Made by a program: the position numbers and the translations under genes. Of a stretch of DNA of 64,000 nucleotides, positions 40,576-53,544 are shown piece by piece. How positions within the stretch are numbered: position 1 is the stretch's first letter; the number at the start of each line of letters is the position of its first letter. Origin of the DNA: the human T2T-CHM13v2.0 reference genome, Homo sapiens; the NCBI RefSeq assembly GCF_009914755.1, contig NC_060925.1, one strand, 5' to 3'. The notes under the pieces are model-generated. The model had not been told where the DNA came from, ran no database searches, and was given only the letters and a program-made list of their open reading frames with translations.

Positions 40576-40844
40576 AAAAATAATCATATGAATAAAAATA
40601 AAAATATTTTCTAAAACAAAAATCTGATGGAGAAAAAAAAGTAAGAGAACAGTACTGAATATTTCCCAAATGTGACATTTGATCAAAACAAAGTAAACAA
40701 AGCCTGTAATGGTTTATTCAGAATCCAGTCTGAAAATATTATAATCTCTATAGATTGACCTAAGACAGTTATGAGACTATTTAAAAACTGGCACAATAAA
40801 ATTTTCAAAGTGTTAAAACATTAGCTATCTTGACAGACATTTTA

Positions 40845-40900
40845 TTCTAGGATCTGACACAGTATGAGGTCAATAAATTTTGATTGAATAAATGAATAAA
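40845..40900 (+). mobile_element. L2 3' terminus
   Basis: 'ctgacacagtatgaggtcaataaattttgattgaataaatgaataaa'. Confidence 0.65.
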
Positions 40901-42850
40901 CATAATTTGCTATTTTAATTTAAGTCCCTAGTGATTTAATTTACTTTCATGCAAATCGTTATTATATATTTGCATATATTTGTTAGAAAGACAAGTCAAC
41001 TGAATATAACAGAAATATCAGCATTAATCATTGATTAAAGTGCAAATGTATTGTGTTTGCTGTTATGTTTTTCTGACATCTGAAGTGGATTAATAAACAG
41101 AAACCAATTGCTTCACTTATTTCCATGGAATGATATTCTCTGGAAAACCACTAGGGTTGTGAATAAAAACTACTTAAATGTAAGCATTATGCATTATGTG
41201 GTATTTATTGCTGATTAAACTAGAAGGAAATGGCATTTATTGTAAATACAAAAATTTTAAATAAAATATTAGCTATTAAGCAAAATATAAATATAAAATA
41301 ATTATGTACTATGTATTTATATATGTATCATGAAAGATATATTTCATTATTTTACATTAAACATTTTATTCGTAACTGCAGGTGAACCTTTCAATGATTT
41401 AATTGAACATTTTATTAGAAAAATATTCTGAGTTTTTATAAAAAGATACTTCTTAGCTTGAACAGCATTCTTAATGTATGCGTACATACAACCATTTTCT
41501 ACTTTAATTCTAATAAACTCACAGAACTCCAATCATACTTATCCTTTGTTTTCATGTATTAAAGTGCTTTCATTAAAATAATGTATAGAAAGATGTCTTT
41601 TCTCACTATGTTAACGTAGAGATTTCATATTCATTAGTTTGAGATATACTATTGGTGTCTTTCTTCCCCATTCATAGTAAACACAATTAACCATTCTCTT
41701 TTTGACATAGTTCAGGGAGACAGGCTTTGATCCAACTGACTCTTGGCTAAGCCTCTAGACTCTGAGACTCAAAAAACAGATCAAAACTACTGATTCTAGG
41801 ATAAAGACTGAAACTTTGTGTTTCCCATGGAAAGGCTTTACAGCTCACTCTCTTTAAGTTTCGCATATTATTAGAACATTTTTACTGAGATTTTTAAAAA
41901 ATGAGCATGGGTAAATATATAATGATTTTAAAAGCACTTTTGTCTTGTGACAATTAAATGAGTTTTCAATTAAGAAGATATTTTTAAAACTAAGAGTTTA
42001 TTTGTACTCCCCTGAATTTTAGACATAAAAAAAATTCTTAATAAAGTTTCATGTTAAAAGTTATGATTCTAAAATTACAGTTAAAAACTAAGGAGCTTTT
42101 TTATTTCACAACTTTTAGTCAGTGTCATTTGCACGTCCTAGTTTTATAAGTTTAACACCCTGATTTTTCAGAACAATCCACTAGCAAATTGACCTCAACA
42201 TTAATCAAATTTTTAATTTTATTCATAGATATAGCGTCATGCTTTGTATTTAGAAATTGAGCAACACACACACACACACACAAACACCCCATTTCCCTAA
42301 AATAAGATAACAATGTTTTTTAAAAAATTTTCCAGACATTTTAGGAGTTCAAAATCTTGAAGTAGCAAGACTTATCACTACAATGGTCTGAGTGTCCTTC
42401 CCTTTCAAATGAAATCTGGACCGAGTTCTGATCGATAGTGTGAATATCCGGCCTTGGAACTTACATAACTCCTACCATTATCTCTCTGGCTAGTTATCTA
42501 AGGATCCTTGCATCTCTCACAAATTGCACTTCTCTTTGCCTATATTTATTTAAATTACTTCTTTGTTTAGGTTAATATTGGTTTTCTACATTCATTTGTT
42601 TGATTGTAGCAGAACTTTTGAATGACTGTTATAATGACCAATATCCATCAATTTCTGGAAAATATTGACTTAAATAAAAATCAATCTTGCCTCCATTTTA
42701 AATAAACTGCTTAGAGACAGTTTCATACTTCCAGTGGTGAAGAGTATTTCAAACCCTCATCTGGCACTGTGAAATAAATGAAACCTGGGATCTCTAACAT
42801 TAACTATAATTTCTTTCTCATTATTTCACCACTCCATTCTCCTATTCAAT

Positions 42851-43185
42851 AAGTGAACTCTGGTTGTCCTCTCTGCTCATTATACATGTATTAACATGAT
42901 AAAAGACACTCCCACCAGTTCCATGACAGTTTACAAATGTCATGGCAACATCCAGAAGTTACCCTATATGGTCTAAAAGGGGAGGAACCCTCAGTTCCAG
43001 GAAATCCCTGCCCCTTTCCTGGGAAATGCATTAATAATCTACCCTTTGTTTGGCATATAATAAAGAAATAATAATAGGCATATTCAGGCCACCAGCCTAT
43101 GCCACTGCTCTGTCTATAAACTAGCCACTCTTTTGGCTAAGTAAGGTATACTTACTTAATAAACTTATTTTCACTTAAAAAAAAA
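42851..43185 (+). mobile_element. MER41(B-like) ERV1 LTR fragment ending in poly(A)
   Basis: 'aaaagacactcccaccag..ccatgacagtttacaaatgtcatggcaac...gaagttaccctatatggtctaaaaggggaggaaccctcagttcc' followed by 'aataaacttattttcactt' and A9. Confidence 0.85.
42995..43025. promoter_or_regulatory. Tandem STAT-type motifs within MER41
   Basis: TTCCAGGAA (GAS, TTC-N3-GAA) at 42995-43003 and TTCCTGGGAA (TTC-N4-GAA) at 43016-43025. This is a motif match only; no activity is shown. Confidence 0.45.
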
Positions 43186-44684
43186 TCTAACAAATTTAAC
43201 ATTTAACATGTGCATCCCCTCAACACAATGATTATATAATTGTATAATTATAAGCCTCATATAAGGTTAATTTGAGAAGCTAAACATTTTAATTATGTAT
43301 TGCCAAACCCCTATTTGGAATAATTAGACAGGAAATATTTTAAACTTAGATGTTTCGTATCCCATAGGCACAGGCTTTAATACAGGGAAAGTAACTGCTC
43401 AGTGGCTCATACTAAGCTATCTCACAAGAAAGTTTGTGCTATGTAAGTTTATTTTGGATGTTTCTTAAAAAAAAATATAATAGTACCCCCAGTAAACACA
43501 ACAAATTTATTTTAAATATTTGTCCTCCTGAAGTCTTTCAGCTTACAAATTGAATATAGATTACATTCTTTGTAATTTGACTTGTTAAAACAAATATGAA
43601 TTTCAAATGTTCTCATGAAAAATACTTTACTTTAAAAAATTCACTTCTATTCTTCACTTTGGCTTATTTTTATTCACTAGTAAAGGGCAGCTTAGCTTTA
43701 TAGCACCTGTCAGTATGGCCAGTGATATGTTTCTCCCAGTACATTTGGATAGTAGTGCATGAGAGAGCTGGTAGGTGATATCAGTGCGTTGTATAGCCAG
43801 TCATCCTTTTGCCCAGAAACTTACTAAATCCTTTTTATCACACACTTTATCATTCCCATCCACAGGCCTAATAAGTCTGTTGCAGTAAAATGGTATAGTT
43901 CAGCTTTTCAAGCAGGCTTTGTTCCAAATAGAACTAATATGATACATTACATAGAAAGAGGCTAGGTAATGAAATCTGTAAATATTTCTATTCTTTATTT
44001 GAAAGTTACATTTGTTTTCAGTGAGATTGTGTACATAAAATAAATGTACACATCTATAATATGTGACTGTGTTATGTGAGAGGAAAGTATGGTGGGGATC
44101 TAAATATTTTTGAGAGGTAAATATTGCCAGCTTGTTTTCAAGAATGATCTGTTTATACATACATTTTGTGTTATAATAAGGTTTTATATACTATAGATAG
44201 GGTAAATACTTACATTTTTATTTAATGTGCAATATTAGTATAATTAATACAAACCACTTGAAAGGTACAAATTAAGATAAATTTGGGGCAACCTGATACA
44301 AACTGTTCAATTAAGTTTATTTTATTTTTTTTAATTTCCATAGGTTATTGGGGAACAGACAGTATTTGGTGAGATGAGTAATTTCTTCAGTGGTGATTTG
44401 TGAGATTTTGGTGCACCCATTGCCCCAGCAGTTTACACTGCATCCAATTTGTGGTCTTTTATCCCTCACTCCCTTCCCACCCTTTCTCTCTGAGTCCCCA
44501 AAGTTATCTGTCTTTCTTATGCCTTTGCATCCTCATAGCTTAGCTTCCACATGAGTGAGAACATACAATGTTTCTTTTTCCATTCCTGAGTTACTTCACT
44601 TAGGATAATAGTCTCCAGTCTCATCCAGGTCGCTGTAAATGCCATAAATTCATTCCTTTTTATGGATGAGTAGTATTCTATGAT

Positions 44685-44747
<63 letters not shown>
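44685..44747. repeat. (TA)n(CA)n compound microsatellite
   Basis: Directly visible in the sequence. Confidence 0.95.
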
Positions 44748-44748
<1 letters not shown>

Positions 44749-45470
44749 ACAGTTTCTTTGGTATATAACTGTGGTATATAACTGTGATTTATATCTATCT
44801 ATATATAGATAGACAGATATATAGATACATATAGATATCACAGTTATATACATCACAGTTTCTTTATCCACTTGTTGATTGATGGCACTGGTGTTGATTC
44901 CACATTTTTGCAGTTGCAAACTGTGCTGCTATAAAGATGCATGTGCAGGTATCTTTCCCGTATAAGGACTTCCTTTCCTCTGGGTAGATACCCAGTAGTG
45001 GTATTGCCGGATCAAATGGTAGTTCTACTCTTAGTTCTTTAAGGAATCTCCACATTGTTTTCCATAGCAGTTATACTAGTTTACATTTCCACCAGCATTG
45101 TAGAAGTGTTCCCTGTTCATGAGATTCACATTAACATCTATTTTTTTTTTATGACTATTCTTGCAGGAGTAAGGTGGTACTGCATTGTGGCTTTGATTTG
45201 CATTTCCCGGATCATTAGTGGTGTTGAGCATTTTTACACACGTTTTTTGGCTATTTATATATCTTCTTTTGAGAATTATCTATTCATATCTTTAGCCCAC
45301 TTTTCAATGGTATTTTTTGCTTTTTTCTTGCTAATTTGTTTGAGTTCATTGTAGATTCTGCATATTAGTCCTATGTCAGATGTATAGATTGTGAAGATTT
45401 TCTCCCACTCTGTGAGTTGTCTGTTTACTCTGATGACTGTTCCTTCTGCCATGCTATTTAGTTTAATTAA

Positions 45471-45908
<438 letters not shown>

Positions 45909-46514
45909 TGATTCATTTTGAGTTGATTTTTATGTAAGGTGAGAGATGAAGATCCAGTTTCATTCTCCTACATGTGACTTGCCAATTATCCTAGCACCAT
46001 TTGTTTAATAGGGTGTCCTTTCCCCACTTTAAGTTTGTGTTTGCTTTGTCAAAGATCATTGGCTGTAAGAGTTTGGGTTTATTTCTGGGTTCTGTATTCT
46101 GTTCCATTGGTCTATGTGCCAATTTTTATGCCAGTACCATGCTGTTTTGGTGACTATGGTCTTATAGTATAGTTTGAAATCAGGTAATGTGATGCCTCCA
46201 GATTTGTTTTTCTTACTTAGTCTTGCTTTAGCTATGTGGGCTCTTTTTTCATTCCATATGAATTTTAGGATTCCTTTTTGTAGTTCTGTGAAGAATGATG
46301 GTGATATTTTGATGGGAACTGCGTTGAATTTGTACGTGGCTTTTGGCAGTGTGGTCCTTTTCACAATATTGATTCTACCTATTCGTGAACACGGGATGTG
46401 TTTCCATTTGTTTGTGTCATCTATGATTTCTTTCAGCAGTGTTTTGTAGTTTTCCTCGTAGAGATCTTTCTCCTCCTTGGTTAGGTATATTCTTAAGTAT
46501 TTTATTGTTTTTTT

Positions 46515-47110
46515 CTCATCATTTGTGTGTCCACTGTAGTAGCACACTTTTCTTTTCCTTTGCATTCACAACTTGGCTAACTGTTTGGCATAAGAGGCCT
46601 CACTTTTGGCTTATTTTGGCTTTCAACATGCCTTCCTCACTTAGCTTATTTCCAGCTTTTGATTTAAAGTGAGAGATATGTGACTCTTCCTTTCACATGA
46701 GCACTTACAGACCATCTTAAGGTTATTAATTGACCTAATTTTAGTATTGCTGTGTCTCAGGGTTTAGGTATTCCTGAGGAGATGGAGAGAGATGAGGGAA
46801 GGGCTGGTCCTTGGAGTAGTCAGAATACACACATTTATTAAGTTTGCCTTCTTGTTGGTGGTGCTTCAAATAATTACAAGAGTAACATCAAAGATCACTG
46901 AACACAAGGCCACTGCACTCCAGCCTGGGTGACAGTGTGAAATTCTGTCTTAACAGAAAATAATTACCTTATCATCATAATAATGAAAAAGCTTGAAATA
47001 TTGTGAGAATTGCCAAAATATGACAAAGACACAAAGAGCACATACTGTTGAAAAAGTGAAGCCTTATGCTAGATGCAGGGTTGCCACGACCTTCAATTTA
47101 TTAAAAAAAA
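46515..47110 (-). mobile_element. Tigger1 DNA transposon, 5' portion
   Basis: 'ttttcctttgcattcacaacttggctaactgtttggc...gatttaaagtgagagatatgtgactcttcctttcac...gcagggttgccacgaccttcaattt'. Confidence 0.88.
46909..46951 (+). mobile_element. Alu 3'-terminal fragment inside Tigger1
   Basis: gccactgcactccagcctgggtgacagtgtgaaattctgtct. Confidence 0.85.
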
Positions 47111-47122
47111 TGAAAGATCACT

Positions 47123-47173
47123 GATCACAGTGCTACTTCACTGCAGCCTGGGCAACAGAGTGAGACTCCTCTC
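47123..47173 (+). mobile_element. Second Alu 3'-terminal fragment
   Basis: gctacttcactgcagcctgggcaacagagtgagactcctctc. Confidence 0.8.
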
Positions 47174-47350
47174 ATTCAAAAAAATATTTACTAGTGTGTA
47201 CTAATCTCTATACTAAGCATTATTATTTATGTTGGAGATATAGTGGTGACCAAAACAGACAAGGCTCCTGCTTTTACAGATATCTTATTCTAGTCAGGAT
47301 AGTAACAAGATGAATGAATAGGCAAATAAGTGAGAATATCATATCAGAAT
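47174..47350 (-). mobile_element. L2a 3' fragment
   Basis: 'ttggagatatagtggtgaccaaaacagacaaggctcctgcttttacagatatcttattctagt'. Confidence 0.75.
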
Positions 47351-47357
47351 CTTAGTG

Positions 47358-47567
47358 GACTCCAGCCTCTCCTACTGGGTTCAAGCGATCCTTGAGCTTC
47401 AGCCTCATGCGTGCTGGAATTGTAGGCATGTGCCACCACATCCAGTTAATTTCTGTATTTTTAGTAGAGACGGGCCAGGCTGATCTCAAACTCCTGACTT
47501 CATGTGATCCACCTGCCTCAGCCTCCCGAAGTGCTAGGATTACAGACGTGAACCACTGCGCCAGGCC
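47358..47567 (-). mobile_element. AluS lacking its 3' ~60 nt and tail
   Basis: Runs from 'ctgggttcaagcgat' through 'gattacagacgtgaaccactgcgccaggcc', with no poly-T or gagacggagtctc segment adjacent. Confidence 0.9.
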
Positions 47568-47599
47568 AGGAAATCTTTACTGTAGAAATGCAATTATTA

Positions 47600-47760
47600 A
47601 GTCGTTTCTCCTGTTTCTTCATTTGACAGCAAACTCCATGTGAATAAGGAATATATCTGTAGCTGCCGATCCCTACATCTTCGGTCTCTAGCAAATTACT
47701 CGGAAAAAATTGGGTGCTTCCTACATCTTAGTTGAATAAATGAATGAAAGTGAATAAACA
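47600..47760 (+). mobile_element. L2 3' terminus
   Basis: 'gacagcaaactccatgtgaataagg...gttgaataaatgaatgaaagtgaataaa'. Confidence 0.6.
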
Positions 47761-48184
47761 TTAAAAAATTTTACAGACTATCAAAAGTAATCCACTGGAA
47801 AAATTGAGTAACAACATATGAAAAATGCTTAATCTTATTAGAAAAAAAAGATCTAATTGAAACATTAAACAAAATTCTCATCAGCATATCAAAACTGTTT
47901 TTTAATTGGTAATATCTAATACTTTCAAATATGTGCAGAAAATTGACAGGTTGAGGACATTTAAAAAGCTAAGTCTCTCTTGCTCTCTCTCCATTTCTCT
48001 CTCTCTGGATGCATTGTCTGAATCCCTTGTTTTAAGTCTTGTTGGGGAACTCAGCGGTACTATTCCCACTGGGAAAGCTAAGATGATGAGGTAAGTGCTT
48101 TCCTAGCTAAGTTTCTAGCTCATTATCATCACCTGATGGAAGGAAGTCCAATAAAATGTTGTGGAAAATTCATTACATTGTTTC

Positions 48185-48520
48185 AAAAGGCTAACTTCTG
48201 TAACAACTCCAAAAATCTCAGCAGTTTAATAAAATAGAATAGTATTTATTTACATAAAATCCAATCAGCATGTGGCCTTATCCATGGGTTTTTCCAGTCC
48301 AGGATCCTTCCTTCTTGTAGCTCCGCTTTACTCATGACCTTGGAGTCCTTTCCAGCTGTAAAGATAATGGGGGATCCTCTGTGGAAGTGATGCATATCCC
48401 TGTTGTCTGCATTTCCTTTAGTAAGAAACCAGTGACATGGCCTGATCAATGCAAAGGAAACTGAGAAATATAGTTACGTGCAGAATAGGAGGAGGAATTA
48501 AGTTTAGTGAGCAAATATAT
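48185..48520 (-). mobile_element. Old MLT1 (J/K/L-like) MaLR LTR
   Basis: 'ctgtaacaactccaaaaatctcagcagtttaa...ggaagtgatgcatatc...agaaaccagtgacatggcc...gcaaaggaaactgagaaatatagt'. Confidence 0.7.
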
Positions 48521-49829
48521 TATTTATACATATATTTAGAGAAGTTTGCCAGAATCTATCAAAATTTAATTTGTGTTCACACATTTACCCTAAAATCTCA
48601 TTTCTACAAATATGTCTTACAGACACAAAGTGAAACTCCATCTGAACACAATAAGTGATATCAAGAAAGTTAATTAACATAGTTAACATTCATAGCTATC
48701 AGGTTAGTTTTGGTGATCCAGATGCCCAATCCAAATCTCTCTAAATTCAACCTGTGATATGTTTTATGCCATCTGGTAGAAGTTGTGAATTCTGGATTAA
48801 GTATTGATGAGAACATTTCTGGGACCTGTGGTTGGCTACTTCCAAAAGGTGGCAGTAATTGCAACAATCTCCTAAGTAGTTAATACACTTCTTACCAATC
48901 TATGCCACACAAGATATTTGGACCAGAGGAATTTTGGGAATGTATCCCAGTTCAAGATAAAAAAATGATTGAAATCAATTTCCCAATCCCATTATATCCA
49001 AATTCATATTGTTCAGAAGAGACTATTACAATAATCGTTGTCTACTCAAACATATGTGTCATATCATTGGTACAATAAATTTGTTACACTAATTGCAATA
49101 AATATGGAAACAATGTGTATTTGCTTGTAAAATATTGCTACCATTCAGTATGTTGCTTATATAACATGGAATAAATATAGCAGTTAAAAAGAACAAACAT
49201 GGATCTATAGGTGATGTTTTTAGAAAGGTGTCGATAGTATATGATTACATAAAAAGGTGCTGAATGAGTACCAGTGCATATGAAATATTAAATATTATTT
49301 GGAAAAAATATATATATAGTCTTTGTTTTTTATAGTTTTCCCTTTTGTTAATTTAACAAGATAATGTCATATAAACATCCCATATTTTCCCCTCATTATA
49401 AATCATTTTTTGTTGATGTTAATGTGCTTAGTGCTTTGAAAAAGTTAACTGTTTTATTTCCTTGGTATGTTATTTCTGACTCCCATTACACCTTTTCCCA
49501 TGCATTCAATATGATCATTCTCTCATTAGGGGAAAGAGCATATGGCAGAATATAGAGAAAAAAGCTACCTGTATGTATGTGCTTATGATTTTCAAAATCC
49601 TAGTCTATTTTGGCAATAGAAAGAAATCTGACCCAGATAAAATATCTAAGAAACTTCATCAAGGGAACTGTAAAAACTTTTCATGTTCCTCTCCCAAAAC
49701 TATCAATTCATAAACAGTGTCTCTGTGAGAAGAAGCTGTCTGCCCCTACCTAATCCCCAAACTGAAAATCCCAGGAATAAACAGCAGAATACCAAGAAGA
49801 TTTTGAAAGCTGAGAATAGAGGTTTAAAA

Positions 49830-49940
49830 CTTGCTGTGTATTTTATACTTATGACAAAGTTCAACTCTAATTAGGTATATTTCAAGTGCTCCACAGCCAT
49901 ATGCAGTGAATGGCTCCTGTACTGGACAATAGAGTGCTAG
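49830..49940. mobile_element. MER3/MER33-like hAT-Charlie fragment
   Basis: 'atatttcaagtgctccacagccatatgcagtgaatggctcctgtactggaca'. Confidence 0.65.
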
Positions 49941-51159
49941 GATGTTGCACAGCATTCCCATGGTCCAGCGTGGCAAGGGGCAACTGTGTGGCACCCATGC
50001 ATCCAGTGGGGTCATCAAACTGAAGGCAGAGAAATAGGTGGCCTAATGGGCCCAGTGGGAATTAGGAGTAGAGAATGTATCTTGCCAGATCTTTGACAGT
50101 GGGTAAAGAGACTCAGCCCGGAATATGGAACCAATTAAAAGTAAGGATTCACCAGCCTGGCAGAATTAGAATGTTACTCAGTTGTGGAAAAATAGCACAC
50201 TTTATATTTTGTAGATTGAGATTTATACAGTACATAATTTAATTAAACGAAGAAAATAGAAAAGGGTAATGGTAACTATTGAATTAACTAGAGAAGTAGG
50301 TTGGACCAGGAGAGAACTTTTACCTTTTACTTTTGCTTTGTATTGTGTAAATGTGAAGAATTAAGAGAAAGTTGTGGTAAAATGCATCATTTTACTTTAT
50401 GCTGAGGAGAAAATAAAATTGTCATGTTTCTGATGGAAAAAGACTGAAATAATTCCACTTTTCTGCTTAGCACTCACTTGATGACTTTAAGAACAGTGCT
50501 GGCTAAGCAGAAATTTCACTTTAATGTGAATTTAAAGTCAATTTCTACATTTTTAATATTCTATCAGCAATTGATCTTAAGCAGAATATTGACTATGTAG
50601 AGCACATCATCCTATTCAGAATGATTTTGTTACTTTGGGTTTTTAAAATTAGTTTTTCTAGTAGCACATAAAGTAATAGAGTATTTATGACTTGTTATTT
50701 GTAAGTCCTTTGAGCTATTGATTGTAGTAATTATAACTATTCATCCAGACTTCAAGTTACTTCTCAATAAGATAAAACTGGATAAATTCAAAGTACTGAC
50801 AAATTCAGATTCCATAGTTATGTTATGAACTATCATGTAAAAAGTTCTAGTAAAACAATTATGTGGAAGTTCACCCATCCCAATATGCAAATCAAAAGTA
50901 GGTCACTTAGCCTTTCTTTAAATAAATAGCCCCGGATATAAAAATGTATAATTTATTTTCTATCCTCATATTGGTAAAATAAACAATTGGTCTGACTGTT
51001 CACTTATAATTATCTGCTTAGCTGAACCTCTACGGACAAGTTATTTTGTTCTGCAGTTAGCAAACAGAATGTTTTTTAAAGGTAGAAAAACAGATGTAAA
51101 ACTGTGAAAGAGTTTCAGAATGAGAATTATAATTGAACCCCATAAGATAATCTTGCCTA

Positions 51160-51353
51160 TAGTGTATAAGACTATAGCACCTAACCCTAAGTGGCTATTT
51201 AAATTTAATTAAATTTAAATAAAAGATTAAGGTTCTCAATTGCACTATCCAAATTTCTGGTGCTTAATATTCACATGTGGTTAACAGCTCCATATTGGAC
51301 AGTGCAGATATAGAACACGCCATCATCACAGAGAGTTTTATTGGACACCACTG
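51160..51353. mobile_element. MER33/MER3-like hAT-Charlie MITE
   Basis: 'gtggctatttaaatttaatt...cacatgtggttaacagctccatattggacagtgcagatatagaaca...atcacagagagttttattggacaccactg'. Confidence 0.8.
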
Positions 51354-53544
51354 ATAGATCTGTAAGTTGACATTGCATTAAAATGTTTATCATTTTACAG
51401 GGCAAATACTAACTCTTTAATAAGTGGCTAGCAAATAATCTTATTTCATTTTCATAGATAATACTCAAATATGATATTTCATTAAATCTATACAATATAT
51501 TACCAATAATAAACATAGGAGCACAGAATGTTTTTATATTAGTGAAATGGTAGAAACAATGGGAAGGAATCCCTGCCTCCCCCAACATTGCTCTAGGCAT
51601 ACCAATTTTGTTATAGTATTGCATAATTTTAATGCTGTTTTAGTATAATTCTATGCCATTCAACTATATAGATGGATCTTTATAATTTCTGGGGTCATTT
51701 ATCTGGAAGAAGATGAGGGCTTTCATGTGAAAATGAGAAGAAGTGGGTTACAATTGTAAATTGATGGGATAAAATTATATTTTCTCATCATTTAAACAAC
51801 GGAGAGATCAAGGGGTAAAGAAAGACACTCTGGAATAGAGCTGGTATTCATTACCAAGAGCTAAGCTGAAAATTAGAAAGTGAAGGACCATTACAGGGCT
51901 ATCTACATGCTTTTTTTCCCCTGGGATGTCATGGGGAATGGACCAGAAAGCTGTAGAAACCATTCTTCCCTGATTCAATCTGAACTCCGTTCTTTTACAA
52001 AGAACTTATGTTCTTTGTATTCTACTTTCATTCCAGTTATCCTGAAAAGATTTTTGAGATTCCTATCTGCCCCTGCTGTACTAAGAATATTAAAATTTGA
52101 ACTTCGTTCAGACTTGAGCAAGATTTGTAATGAAGTTTACCAATATTCAAGAATGGAAATAATCTGACCACACACTCATGAGTGTTACTAGTACACACGC
52201 GTGCACACACACACACACACAAAATATTCCTTCGACTGATAAACTTTTTAGATTTTATGTGCTTTATTATATAAAGAAAATTCATTTTAGAAATATAGCC
52301 TTAGAAATTAGGTGATTTACTTTTCTCATGGCTTTTTTGTATGCAACCATTATTCTATTAGACACAAATTCTATAAGAAAATGATTATGTAAATATAATT
52401 GAAGGAAAACTTCTATGATGATAACTTAGAAATAAAAAAATTTAATTCTATACACAAGTAGATTCCTATTATTGCTCACATTAATTTCACTTAATGTCAT
52501 CTTTCTTATTTCCAACAACCATAAACATGTAAGGGAACCAATATGCTCTATATAATGTACTTTCTCCTTTTAAGTCATGTTATTCCTTGAAACATCAGTT
52601 ACCTCACAAAAAAGTCAAGTCACGAATTTGTTTATAAGTTACTACTGCTGTAGTCACCTTTGAAAGAGCTTCATATTGAAATAGTGCATAGTGGTGGAAG
52701 TTATTAAAGAAGCACTCATTTAAGAATAGCTAATCATGAAACAAGTATTTTGCATCTTGAAAAGCTATTGTTTGTTTCACTACTGTTTTATTTTTTCTAA
52801 AAGGTTAATCATTAAATGTACAATTTTGTTTTATGTTGACAAATAAGTACCATTTACCATATTTATTCCATTAGCTGCATGATAATTTATTGTATTTCCT
52901 ATTATTTTAATAAAAAGTCTAATTAATTAAGATGTAATCTAAAGTTAGCTGATAAAAACATTTCTAAAAACCCATTTCAGTAGCAGTAGCAATTACTGAA
53001 AGGCATTTACTAAGTTTCTTGATTTTCCTCTAATAGTTTTAATAAGAAAAGAAGAGTAGTGTCATTAAATGAAATGTTTAATACATAATTGGCCTTGTGG
53101 AGTTTTTACTTTACTTAAATAATTTAATTCTCAAATGATTTTACAACATAAGCATTATGCTTTCTGCTTAGGTATCAATAAAACTGGGTTTACAAACATT
53201 AAATAACATTCCTCAGTTAATAACGATGATTGAGCAAGATTTCAATTTGTCTATACTCTTTCTCCTCCTCCTGACAACAATGTGTAGGGGACTATCTGAA
53301 ACGGTTGACTCCAAAATCCAAATATATATGGGTTGTGAATGTTGAAACATACAGAAGTCCCAGGAGCCTATTCTTCCACAGCAATAATCCTAAAAAACAA
53401 ATTAGATAGAGTAAAAGCCTCATCACCTATTTTAATTTTAAAACAACGTATGATTTACTTATCAGGTTAATTAACTTTGTTTCTTTAAATCTTAAATTTT
53501 TATGAAACAATTGTTATGTAAAATGAGACATTGGTAATTTTCAA

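Noticed and set aside
46056-46565. Longest ORF (169 aa) as a host gene
   Set aside because: It is an L1 ORF2 remnant within L1PB1. Its N-terminus reads from adjacent Tigger1 sequence and the frame is broken downstream.
51196-51221. Perfect 26-bp AT palindrome
   Set aside because: It lies in the AT-rich, naturally near-palindromic core of a MER33-like MITE.
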